Assembly (NCBI GenBank): GCA_021613535.1
Contig: CP075493.1
Location: forward strand, 930,001-994,000
DNA from: Adineta vaga
Lineage: Eukaryota > Animalia > Rotifera
Length of the DNA stretch: 64,000 nt
Direction: 5' to 3'
The notes beneath the pieces are model-generated. The model had not been told where the DNA came from and did no database searches. It saw nothing but the letters and a program-made list of their open reading frames with translations. The position numbers were made by a program, and so were the translations under genes. Of this stretch, positions 12,514-23,528 are shown piece by piece; positions within the stretch are counted from its first letter, which is position 1; every line of letters starts with the position of its first letter.

Positions 12514-15500
12514 ATGGAATCTAAAAAGAATATGTACACATTTTTAACATTACCAGTCGAACTCGTCTATCGAATTATGGATCATCAAACCAATTTTACA
12601 CTGTTTTGTTCAATGCAAAATGTTTCTCGACGTTTCAATCAAATCCTTAACACTTATCATCGATATCTAGTAAGTTTGCTCAATGCTCAAACTATTTTCT
12701 CGTCTGATCTACCGCACATGAGCCTAGTAATATCTTACCTAATGAATTTACTCGAAGGAGAAAGGAAATTATTTCACAATTTAGAAAAAATTCCCACGAG
12801 TGAGTCGACTAAAACACTGACTCATGTTATTACACAACAAACATTTCTTCATTCTGTTCTTTTCTTTCCATGCCCACAAATCTACTTATACCATATACCC
12901 TCGTGAGCCAAAGAAGAATAAAATCGCCCAATTATAAACCACTTTTCCCATTACATACATATGTCCCTTTTGAATCTCTCAAAAAATGCGACAACTTTCC
13001 TTCAAAACAAGCAGATAACAGAAAGTACACTGTACTATCCTCGTCGCCCTACCCATCCAATACTTAGCACATTGAGCAGTGATAATTACCCCGATCATAA
13101 TTGCTGTCTTTGTATCATACACCCGAACAAACGATATCCAAACCCTTTCACACACCTTCAACACAATTCTCTTGGAATGCCACATCACCTTCAAAAACGT
13201 TATTTAGAACTGTCGATTGCTTTACATATATTTTCAAAATATATATTCTCATCTACAGTCACTCACCACACTAAATCTCTATGACAATGAAATCGGCGCT
13301 CAAGGAGCCCAACATATCGGCGATGCCTTGCGAACGAACACGATAATATTCATTCGCTAGTGACAAAACTGATATATTCATCTTTTCTCTCATCTACAGG
13401 CACTAACCACACTAGATTTCTCTGAGAATCAAATCGGGGATCAAGGAGCACAACATATCGGCGATGCTTTGCGCACGAACACGGTAATATTCGTTCGCTA
13501 GTGACAGAACTGATACATTCATCTTTTCTCTCATCTACAGACGCTCACCACACTAGATCTCTCGTCGAATGAAATCGGGGATCAAGGAGCCCAACATATC
13601 GGTGATGGCTTGCGAACGAACACGGTAATATTCATTCGCTAGTGACAAAACTGATACATTCATCTTTTCTCTCATCTACAGGCACTAACCACACTAAATC
13701 TCTGGTCGAATCGAATCGGGGATCAAGGAGCCCAACATATCGGTGATGGCTTGCGAACGAACACGGTAATATTCATTCGCCAGTGATAAAACTGATATAT
13801 TCATCTTTTCTCTCATCTACAGGCACTAACCACACTAAATCTCCGGTCGAATCGAATCGGGGATCAAGGAGCACAACATATCGGTGATGGCTTGCGAACG
13901 AACACGGTAATATTCATTCGCCAGTGACAAAACTGATATATTCATCTTTTCTCTCATCTACAGGCACTAACCACACTAAATCTCTGGTCGAATCAAATCG
14001 GGGATCAAGGAGCCCAACATATCGGTGATGGCTTGCGAACGAACACGGTAATATTCATTCGCTAGTGACAAAACTAATATATTCATCTTTTCTCTCATCT
14101 ACAGGCACTAACCACACTAAATCTCCGGTCGAATCGAATCGGGGATCAAGGAGCACAACATATCGGCGATGCCTTGCGAACGAACACGGTAATATTCATT
14201 CGCTAGTGACAAAACTGATATATTCATCTTTTCTCTCATCTACAGGCACTAACCACACTAAATCTCTGGTCGAATCAAATCGGGGATCAAGGAGCCCAAC
14301 ATATCGGTGATGGCTTGCGAAAGAACACGGTAATATTCATTCGCTAGTGACAAAACTAATATATTCATCTTTTCTCTCATCTACAGGCACTAACCACACT
14401 AAATCTCTGGTCGAATCAAATCGGGGATCAAGGAGCCCAACATATCGGTGATGGCTTGCGAACGAACACGGTAATATTCATTCGATAGTGACAAAACTAA
14501 TATATTCATCTTTTCTCTCATCTACAGGCACTAACCACACTAAATCTCCGGTCGAATCGAATCGGGGATCAAGGAGCACAACATATCGGTGATGGCTTGC
14601 GAACGAACACGGTAATATTCATTCGCCAGTGACAAAACTGATATATTCATCTTTTCTCTCATCTACAGGCACTAACCACACTAAATCTCTGGTCGAATCA
14701 AATCGGGGATCAAGGAGCCCAACATATCGGTGATGGCTTGCGAACGAACACGGTAATATTCATTCGCTAGTGACAAAACTAATATATTCATCTTTTCTCT
14801 CATCTACAGGCACTAACCACACTAAATCTCCGGTCGAATCGAATCGGGGATCAAGGAGCACAACATATCGGCGATGCCTTGCGAACGAACACGGTAATAT
14901 TCATTCGCTAGTGACAAAACTGATATATTCATCTTTTCTCTCATCTACAGGCACTAACCACACTAAATCTCTGGTCGAATCAAATCGGGGATCAAGGAGC
15001 CCAACATATCGGTGATGGCTTGCGAAAGAACACGGTAATATTCATTCGCTAGTGACAAAACTAATATATTCATCTTTTCTCTCATCTACAGGCACTAACC
15101 ACACTAAATCTCTGGTCGAATCAAATCGGGGATCAAGGAGCCCAACATATCGGTGATGGCTTGCGAACGAACACGGTAATATTCATTCGATAGTGACAAA
15201 ACTAATATATTCATCTTTTCTCTCATCTACAGGCACTAACCACACTAAATCTCCGGTCGAATCGAATCGGGGATCAAGGAGCACAACATATCGGCGATGC
15301 CTTGCGAACGAACACGGTAATATTCATTCGCTAGTGACAAAACTGATATATTCATCTTTTCTCTCATCTACAGGCACTAACCACACTAGATCTCTCTGAG
15401 AATCAAATCGGGGATCAAGGAGCACAATATATCGGCGATGCCTTGCGAACGAACACGGTAATATTCATTCGCTAGTGACAAAACTGATACATTCATCTTT

Positions 15501-15934
15501 TCTCTCATCCACAGGCACTAACCACACTAGATCTCTCGTCGAATGAAATCGGGGATCAAGGAGCCCAACATATCGGTGATGGCTTGCGAACGAACACGGT
15601 AATATTCATTCGCTAGTGACAAAACTGATATATTCATATTTTCTCTCATCCACAGGCACTAACCACACTAGATCTCTCTGAGAATCAAATCGGGGATCAA
15701 GGAGCACAACATATCGGCGATGCCTTGCGAACGAACACGGTAATATTCATTCGCTAGTGACAAAACTGATATATTCATCTTTTCTCTCATCCACAGGCAC
15801 TAACCACACTAGATCTCTCGTCGAATGAAATCGGCGATCAAGGAGCAGAACAGCTTCGGGATTGTTTTGGAAATAGGTGTGGTGTTAGTCCTGAATCGTT
15901 GAATATTATTTTTTGTGATCCTTTTTTTGGGTAG
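12514..15934 (+). CDS. F-box-like + RI-type leucine-rich-repeat protein; exon 1 at 12514-12669, then 19 LRR exons starting at 13259+141n (last at 15797)
   Basis: Exon 1 has FLTLPVELVYRIMD...VSRRFNQIL (F-box-like) and ends at a phase-0 GTAAG. Each 84-nt exon encodes ALTTLxLxxNxIGDQGAQHIGD(A/G)LRTNT, flanked by CAG and GTAATA. The first LRR exon has a donor of ATAATA. The 3' end may include one more small intron. Confidence 0.85.
13240..15850 (+). repeat. Tandem array of 19 x 141-bp exon+intron units with a 705-bp higher-order duplication
   Basis: Exact 141-bp period with no indels. Units 5-9 recur as units 10-14 (identical ORF-track peptides at 14065 and 14770, 705 bp apart). Confidence 0.97.
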
Positions 15935-18900
15935 AAATCGTGTTTTGAAAAAATGCTGGAGAGGAATAGATAATATACTCTGGTATACGAAGCGTTATTG
16001 TTTGGATGATAGCGTGCTGTTTCTTAAATTTACGATTTGTCACTGTAAAAATTGCGATTTTCATTAAAGTGCTTCGCTTATAGTAGGCCAGACAAAGAGA
16101 GTTGTTCTCTGTCTAATGCACTCTACTTTAGGAATTTTGTTGAAAGCTTGATAGGTTTCGCAGAGTTTCTACAGAAACTCTGTACTCAGGAAGATATGAT
16201 GTGTTTCGAAAGAGCTCGAATAGTGTAGTGGAGAAAGGGAAGGAGAACAGAAGCAGCAGGCGGAATCAGCCTTTTCTTACTCGCATTCTATCTATTCTGA
16301 TCGAGATCTATGTGAAACTTTTGAAAGATTAGTTCTTTAACACCATACCGTGTTGAAATAATCATTGAAATATATTTCGAAACTTCCTTTTGCATTTCTC
16401 TCATAAGTGGTCTTCTGGGATCGGATTTGACCTATATTTGCTATAAATCCTATGTTTTTGAAAAACCCTATAATTTGTCCTATCTAGCGCTTATTTTACC
16501 TATTTTTCCTATATTACGTCAAGAAAGGAACGTAAAAGTGTAAAAACCAATCACTTTTGTTATATTTGGCCCTTACCCATTAAAGAGTTCATATACAGGG
16601 CTAGATAGAAGTCGTGTACCAAAGAGAAGCTTTGATATCTGTATTAAGAATGGTTTAATTGTGTTGTTATTTCCACCGGTGATAGAGGATCGCAAAGATA
16701 GAAAATGTTGCAGTATCTTGAGGGGTGTACAGAATCCTACAAAAATTAACCCTTTGCAGACGGAATTTCTACATATACCATCGGGAGTATTTCTCAAAAT
16801 TTGATGATGATATATATACTTCAAATCAATTAAAAGTGCGAAGAAATAGCGTGTCGACTGACTTTCTGTGTTAGTAATCTTCCTGATCAGATTTAAAAAG
16901 TACATGAACCTCTTATATGAGAAGCGTTCCAAATTTTTACTGAAGGTCTCGAATATATCCTATGATTTTTTTCAAAACTTTATTTACGAATGTTTTCAGA
17001 ACTATTGGGAAGATTTTTCGAGTGATTATCAAAGAAGTTTTCAGATCTAAGTGTGTTCAACAAAGAACGTAGTACTCTTTTCTACCTTAAAAGTATCTTA
17101 TTTTTCAAATTTCACTTTGAAAAAACTAATAACAGCTTCCAACAAAAACTCGCATTTTTAAAGTGAGTGGCCTTCGCATACGGTTGGCAACTTGAAATTT
17201 CAAAAGAAACCTGCTAAGACAGGAACTTATAATACGGAGAAGGAAGTTAACGAAAGGCTTGATCTTTTCAAAGAAATCGTTTTCGAAGAGTTAATTGTTT
17301 GCTTAGTTGTCTTTTTGCTTTTGTTCATAGTTTACTGATTAACTCAGGCATGAAGTCCAAATGAGAATGATTCTTTTCAACAAAACTTGACTGAATGGTG
17401 ATGGGAGTGAAGGAGCGCAAAGCTTAAATTAATCAGTAAAAATGATGTAAAGTAATGTCTTACTCATATTTTACAAACGGTTTCTATGAAAAAGAATTAA
17501 GCAAGTCCTGATGCAATTGCTACCTGTATTTTACTCAAAGGAAACGTTAGTCAATCAGAGATAGCGTTTTGGAGTACATATTAGAACTAACTGAACTCAT
17601 TCATTAAAACGAAATCCATCTATCATTCTTGTAAAAGGAAGTTAGGTATGTTTGATGACGTCCAGCTATTTAGATTCATTTAGAAGCACTTTTTCATTAC
17701 GAACAGTTTTAAAAATATACTTAGAGTATCAGCAAAATGCACAAACAAATCTTTTTCTATGTTATAGTTTATATGAATACTGTAACAATAATATGTATGT
17801 GTATGTTCATCATGTTATTCTTTCTTTTGTTCATCTCTTTCTCTCTCTCTCTCTTCTATATAGGGAGACGCTATAGTGTGAAAGAGACACACTCTGGACG
17901 TATGAAGTAGCTATCAATAAACATCTACATCGTGAGTAGCGGTCAGCTACTAATCCAGTTTGTCGTTACAAATACACACTTTACTTCGATAAAAACTTTG
18001 TCGAAAACCTTTTCTAAATCAGATTTGTGTTATACTTCTTTTGTTTTTCTTTGTTAATCTTACGATTGCGATTTTCATTTTGTTTTCAAAATTAATCTAA
18101 TAACAAAACTGTAACAACTATCCACTTAAGTTTAAACTAATTAGATTGAGAGAATGAGAAAAAATTCGTCTTATTGATGTCAATGAAAAAATATAAAGCG
18201 TGGAAATGTCGTGCGCGTATGTCGTGTCACGTGGTGTGGTCCACATATTCAACTAGGTGTTTCTTGGATTTTACGTTTCATGTCTGATGAGGGAAAGATG
18301 TTTTGAATTTATACGTTTTTCAACAATGACAGAAAATCTTTTAGAGAAAAAAGATGCATCGCAGTCGCAACTAACAAACGCGTAAAGATGCAGTTCAGGA
18401 TATAATCGTATCTGGTTTGCGATTCCTGATATATTCGAATCTCACTGAAATGCAACGAGATGCATTTGTAAACACAAAATGCGTTTCATGTTTACACGGT
18501 GTACCATCTTTATACTTCATTCATATTTTCTGATTTACATTCAAAGAATTACATCATGGACAATGATCTTTCAGTGAAAAAGTCGCTCCACCTCAAGTTC
18601 ATATATAGTCTTTATGGAATATACATATCGTTGGTGTAGAGGAAACCAGCTATATACGTGAACTAAACATATTTTCAAATAGATGAAAAGTGAAGAAAAT
18701 TCGAAAAAATTTTTACGCATAAAGGTTTGCCTGGATCCGGATTCGGGTCGGTCAGGTCTATCCGACGGGCTTTACTGGACACGCCTATTACTCTTTTAGA
18801 AAAGGGTCAGCGAATCCAAAGGATGAGCGCTACTTTTCTCTACAAAAGATTAGCACATTCAAAAGATAAACGTAACATGTTTCTATAACTGCATCGCATA

Positions 18901-19376
18901 AAAGTATAAAAAAGTGAAGCCGACAGAACATTTTTAAGAATGAGGTGTACTGTCAACAGTATTGATAGTTGGATCGTTCAACGTGAACTCTATCAAACGG
19001 GTTATAAGAGTACTTTGCCCCGTGGCACACCAATGCTGACTCCACAACAGTAGGATGCACGTGTTCAATGGGCAATCAAACACCAAAACGACGACTAGAG
19101 TCGAACAATTTTCACTGATGAAACATGCTACCAATTGTTTCGAAATATCATACGTCGATGCTCAAGATATTCAAAATCTGAAGTCAAAAAAACTTCAAAG
19201 AACAGACAGGAGGTTATGGTGTGGGGAGGCTTCAGTATCAAAGATTTAGTTGGCTGTCATTCTTTCCATACAAACATGGATGGCTCCTATTACATTCAAA
19301 TTCTTCAAGATCATCTCATTTGTAATACCAGAAAGCAATTCGGTCAACGATAGCTACTTCAACAAAATAATGACCC

Positions 19377-19573
19377 CACACTGTAAAAAAAAGGAGTTTT
19401 ACCGAATCTGTATCCAGGGGAAGATCCTTTGAGGTTTAGTATCGATTTGCCAAACTAAAAAAAGATCGGTGAGCATTCAACTGAACGTTTTTTGGTTCAG
19501 TAAATCGCTACTAAACCTCAAAGGATCTTCCCGTGGATACAGGTTCGGTAAAACTCCTTTTTTTTAGAGTGTG
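19377..19573. mobile_element. Fold-back MITE with about 85-bp terminal inverted repeats (CACTG-type ends, possibly CMC/EnSpm-like), inserted in the Tc1 ORF
   Basis: CACACTGTAAAAAAAAGGAGTTTTACCGAA... pairs with ...TTCGGTAAAACTCCTTTTTTTTAGAGTGTG. Removing it restores GAC CCC ACG CAC (DPTH). Confidence 0.9.
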
Positions 19574-19746
19574 CACGCACAAAAGTCGGGTGGCGCAACA
19601 TTTTATATACAAAGAAGTACTCGAAGTAATCGGTTGGCCATCAAATAGTCCGGATGGCAATTCAGTGGAAAACCTCTAGTCAATTATCAAGCGCCATGTC
19701 GAGAAACGAAAACCAACAAATCTTCGAGAATTGGATATATTCCTAC

Positions 19747-19900
19747 TAGGGGCGTAACCAGTGAAAATGCGTAGGGGGAGGGGAAGGCTCAAGCCATTTC
19801 AGACATCTTCTAGAGAGGGCTCATCTATTTCACTATAGTAGATTCAGAATTTTCTAGGGGAGGCTGAGCCCCCACTCGCTCCACTCTGGTTACGCCACTA
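19747..19900. mobile_element. hAT-type MITE (154 bp) with 8-bp target-site duplication, inserted in the Tc1 ORF
   Basis: TIRs TAGGGGCGTAACCAG / CTGGTTACGCCACTA (14/15 match). TSD ATTCCTAC / ATTCCTGC (7/8 match). Confidence 0.9.
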
Positions 19901-20149
19901 ATTCCTGCACGAAGAATGGAACAAAACTGCCATAGTCTTTCTAAATAGTTTAATAAATTCCATGAAATCACGACTTTTAGCTCTCATTGAATCGAAGGGA
20001 GAGAGTATCAAATATTAAATGTAATACTTTTGTACCATGAACTGTACCTTACCTTTGTATATATTTAGTTTTTGGATTGGTCATTTATTTGCTAATAAAT
20101 ATCTGAAATAGTGAGGGCAAAAACTTTTTCACCTTAGTGTATACAAATT

Positions 20150-20365
20150 TGATCCAGTTGGATCTAAAAATAATATTGTTGGACCATGCGTATGTCGTGT
20201 ATCTAAGCCTGTACCATTTGAATTACCATTGGAGAATTTCAAGACACGATAATTGTAAAAGTCCGCTACATATATATTCATTGCTTGATTCAGCAATTGT
20301 TGCCGTATTTGGATTCCAAACAGCTGTTGGACATACTGCTGGTCGTACGATTTCCCTTGTTAAAA
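20150..20365 (-). pseudogene. NHL-repeat gene remnant
   Basis: RPAVCPTAVWNPNTATIA followed, in another frame, by IYVADFYNYRVLKFSNGNSNGT, an NHL-repeat motif. Confidence 0.55.
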
Positions 20366-21059
20366 TAAACAATGGAAATTAATTTTGATAATATTTTATT
20401 TCAAACACACCTAATTGAAGAGTTAAATTTGATCGATTAAAATATAGAAGAGAAGCATTGAAATTATATTGAACATAAATTGAAGTTATATAAGAAGAAA
20501 ATAATTGACAACTTCAATTTCGAATTATTTGCATTAATCATTTTACAAATATATTCATCTTGAGTTTTATTCAATAAAATCTCAGAAATGTCTCCAATCA
20601 TTATAAAATTATCTATATTTTACCAAGTAAAATACAATTCATGACGGAAAAAGTCGAGAGAATTAAAAAATCCATATTCGAAGCATTTTAGCTATTCTAA
20701 TAAATGAATGTTCAAGAAAGTTTTCTTTTTGAAATAGAAACACAGCTATACATGGTGTATAATTAAAAATGCATCAATACTTGAACAAGTCATCATGGAA
20801 ATAATACGATAACGCATATAAGGAAAAGAAGAACTTTTTCGTCTGTATTTGGTTACTTTTCTTAATTAAAATATATTTTTATAATTGAGAAAAAATGTTT
20901 GCAACTGACCTACTAGAACATTTATTTCTGGAAAGAAAGTAACTTTCATCAAAATATTTCAGCATGAAAAATAAACAGAAAAAGTCTATTTATTCTAAAG
21001 TTAAGAATATTTTTAAAAACTAATGATGTTCACAATGTTTAGGAATACCATTATTAAAA

Positions 21060-22481
21060 TTATTTTTCAAATAAAAATCTTTGACAAAATTCAGGTGATT
21101 CAATAATGACTGAAGCCACTCCAAGTTGTAAATGCCAATCCTTATGATAATGTAACATCCATATACTTGGATTATCGGCTTTAAAACGAACTATAACATA
21201 TGAATATGAATTAATTGTAAGTGTATCTCGATAAATTGGATTTTTTAAATTTAATTCAATATTATCTAACATTGTTTCATTAATATAACCATCATTTCTA
21301 TTTCCTTATGCTAATATCCAAACATGATGACCATGGAGATGAAATGTATATGATGCAAAATCAATACAGGTTGACTGTCTTTATGTTGAGAATCGAAGAA
21401 AAATCTTTTTATATTTCGATTAATTGGAACATTTGAATTCATGGAAATCATTTCTAATTCATCACTAAAATTCTTTCCTAGACTAATAGTTTAATAAATA
21501 ATAATTCGATATATTAAAAATTGAATTGATCTTCGTTTGATCTTCATCAATATATTCTAAAATTGTTTGTGCGCAGTTGATTGAATCGCTGATGTATATC
21601 GATTATTATAGTCAACAAATGGATGCATTGTTGTTCGTATAATATATTTTTTCCATTTAATTAAATTCCATCAGCTTCAATTAATCTCATTTGATGTTAA
21701 TCAATCGTTAAAGTTATCGTATAGCATATGCAGATGTATTAATAATTCGAAATCTTTTCGTTTAACTAAAACAAATTGATGCACGGTATAATACAAACAT
21801 TTTCCATTCGAAGTACAATTATATTGTCCAATATCATTAATTAAAACAGTATCAGGTATTGGATCTGATGTACCTGGATATAAATAAGTTTTTAAATGAA
21901 TATGATACCAATCGGTGATTTGTAAAATTTCTTCATTATGATAAAAAGATTTCCATGGATCATTTGGATCTTTGATAAACAAAGCACCTTTTAGTTCATC
22001 ACTATATTGCATTGCATAATGGAGAATGATACTAATAAGTACCTGATTGATCTCTAGTAGAAAATGTGTAAATAAATGATTGACTAGGTAAAATTTCACA
22101 TTGAATTACACCTGGAACTCTATCCATATGTAAACTGTTATGTTGGAATAAACCATGTCAATGAATTGCTGTTGGTTCAGATAATTCATTAATGATTGTA
22201 ATGTTAATTAGATCATCACGTTTGACAACAATTGTTGGTGCTGGAATTCGATCGTTGATACTTAGAATTGGTCGTTCGTAAGTATCAGGAGAAGCATTAA
22301 ACCATCGAATATGAAATTCTTCGTTGTATACGTGAATATTTTCTAGAAATTAACAATAGAATTTGTTAATTTTTCGAAAAGATCTTATACCATTTGATAA
22401 ATGAAAGAAAGGACTATTCGGTTTTAATTGTATAAGCAACATTTCGCATAGGAAAATATGAAATTTCTAATTGATGACCAT
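21060..22481 (-). pseudogene. Multicopper oxidase (laccase/Fet3-like) pseudogene
   Basis: Copper motifs are damaged: IH*HG (W to stop), FHLHGHHVW, and RDT...FKADNPSIWMLHYHKDWH (type-1 Cys replaced). Also SPDTYERPILSIND..PAPTI and ITDWYH. Multiple frameshifts. Confidence 0.85.
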
Positions 22482-22829
22482 AAGATAATGACGATTAGAT
22501 TTATATCCTCTTGAATTATTTAAAATATCTTTTATCATATTACCATTATCATAAAAAAAAGCAAAATTTTATATTAATGATTTGATCTATATTGTTCTAT
22601 TGACCAATTAGTATTCGTTTGTCAAATAAATCATTCATATCAGAAGTAAATTGAAATTGATAAATATCATCTTGTAATTGAAAGTTTCGAGAAAAGATTT
22701 CATTGGTATTTTCCGGTTTTTTTAGTCCATATCTGGCCTTGAATGTATCAAATTTAGGTTGTTTCGATAGTTTATTGTAAGATCATGATTAAGTTAATTG
22801 TCGTTTCATTTGAAAACAATTATTTAGTA

Positions 22830-22960
22830 TTGTAGAATTCGTTGTATCTGCTAACTGATCAGGAGTATCTAAATGTTTATTCTGATTAGATCCGAACAAC
22901 TTCTTTAATGCATCAGATTTTCCAGTGCCACAGGGTTCTAAAAGTAAAACTTTTGCCTCA
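22830..22960 (-). pseudogene. Possible P-loop NTPase remnant
   Basis: KVLLLEPCGTGKS resembles a degenerate Walker A, followed by LDTP. No intact ORF. Confidence 0.3.
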
Positions 22961-23528
22961 CATAAAGGGGAGAAAAATCACGTTTTTATCTTATTTTCAC
23001 TCTTCAAATAATGTATGAGTAATTCGTGTCTGTTGTTTTTCTCTTTCAGTAACGTCAATGTGCTCATTTGAGAGTGAGATTGGATGGTGTGAGTAGCTTG
23101 TGGAAATGAATCATCTTGAAAATGTATGCCGAGGTCGAATAGGAATAGAGAAACACTCTTCTGCATCAATGTTCTCAACTTCCACAGAATATTCTCGTCT
23201 GTATTTCATATAATAATATATTACTTTAAGAGAACATGGTCGACAAAATTTGAATTCATAAACACAAAAATCATATTTACTAAAAACTAATCATATGATC
23301 CGAATATATATTTTGATAAAACAAAAATATATTTCTGTAAGTACTATGCAAATTTCTTTTTATGTAGAATGGTCTCATTATTAACACTTAATTGCACACT
23401 TAAAACATGAATCCATACGATGAATAATATTTATTCATCATATTCGCTTATATAAATATATATATATATATATATAAGAAAGTTCTACATGTATTTCATT
23501 GCTTATTGAAATACGAATACTTCAAATT

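Larger units (their letters stand above)
18960..20139 (+). mobile_element. 5'-truncated, decayed Tc1/mariner (DD34E-type) transposon
   Basis: Reconstructed RVQWAIKH..IFTDET..VMVWGGFS..YIQILQDHL..QQNNDPTHKS..WPSNSPDGNSVENL..EEWNK..SMKSRLLALIESKGESIKY with several stops. Likely right end ...CACCTTAGTG followed by TA at 20140. Confidence 0.9.

Noticed and set aside
12870-13284. Short ORFs upstream of the LRR array
   Set aside because: They lie in intron 1 (12670-13258) and show no protein-like features.
14065-15399. ORF-track peptides MTKLIYSSFLSS...
   Set aside because: Off-frame read-through of intron and exon in the LRR array, starting at GTG; not the spliced frame.
13240-15850. CRISPR-like array or non-coding satellite
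   Set aside because: No unique spacers. Each unit has canonical splice signals and encodes an LRR, and the context is eukaryotic.
16573-16932. 119-aa minus-strand ORF as a gene or transposase
   Set aside because: TTG start and no recognisable motifs; lies in repeat-like DNA.
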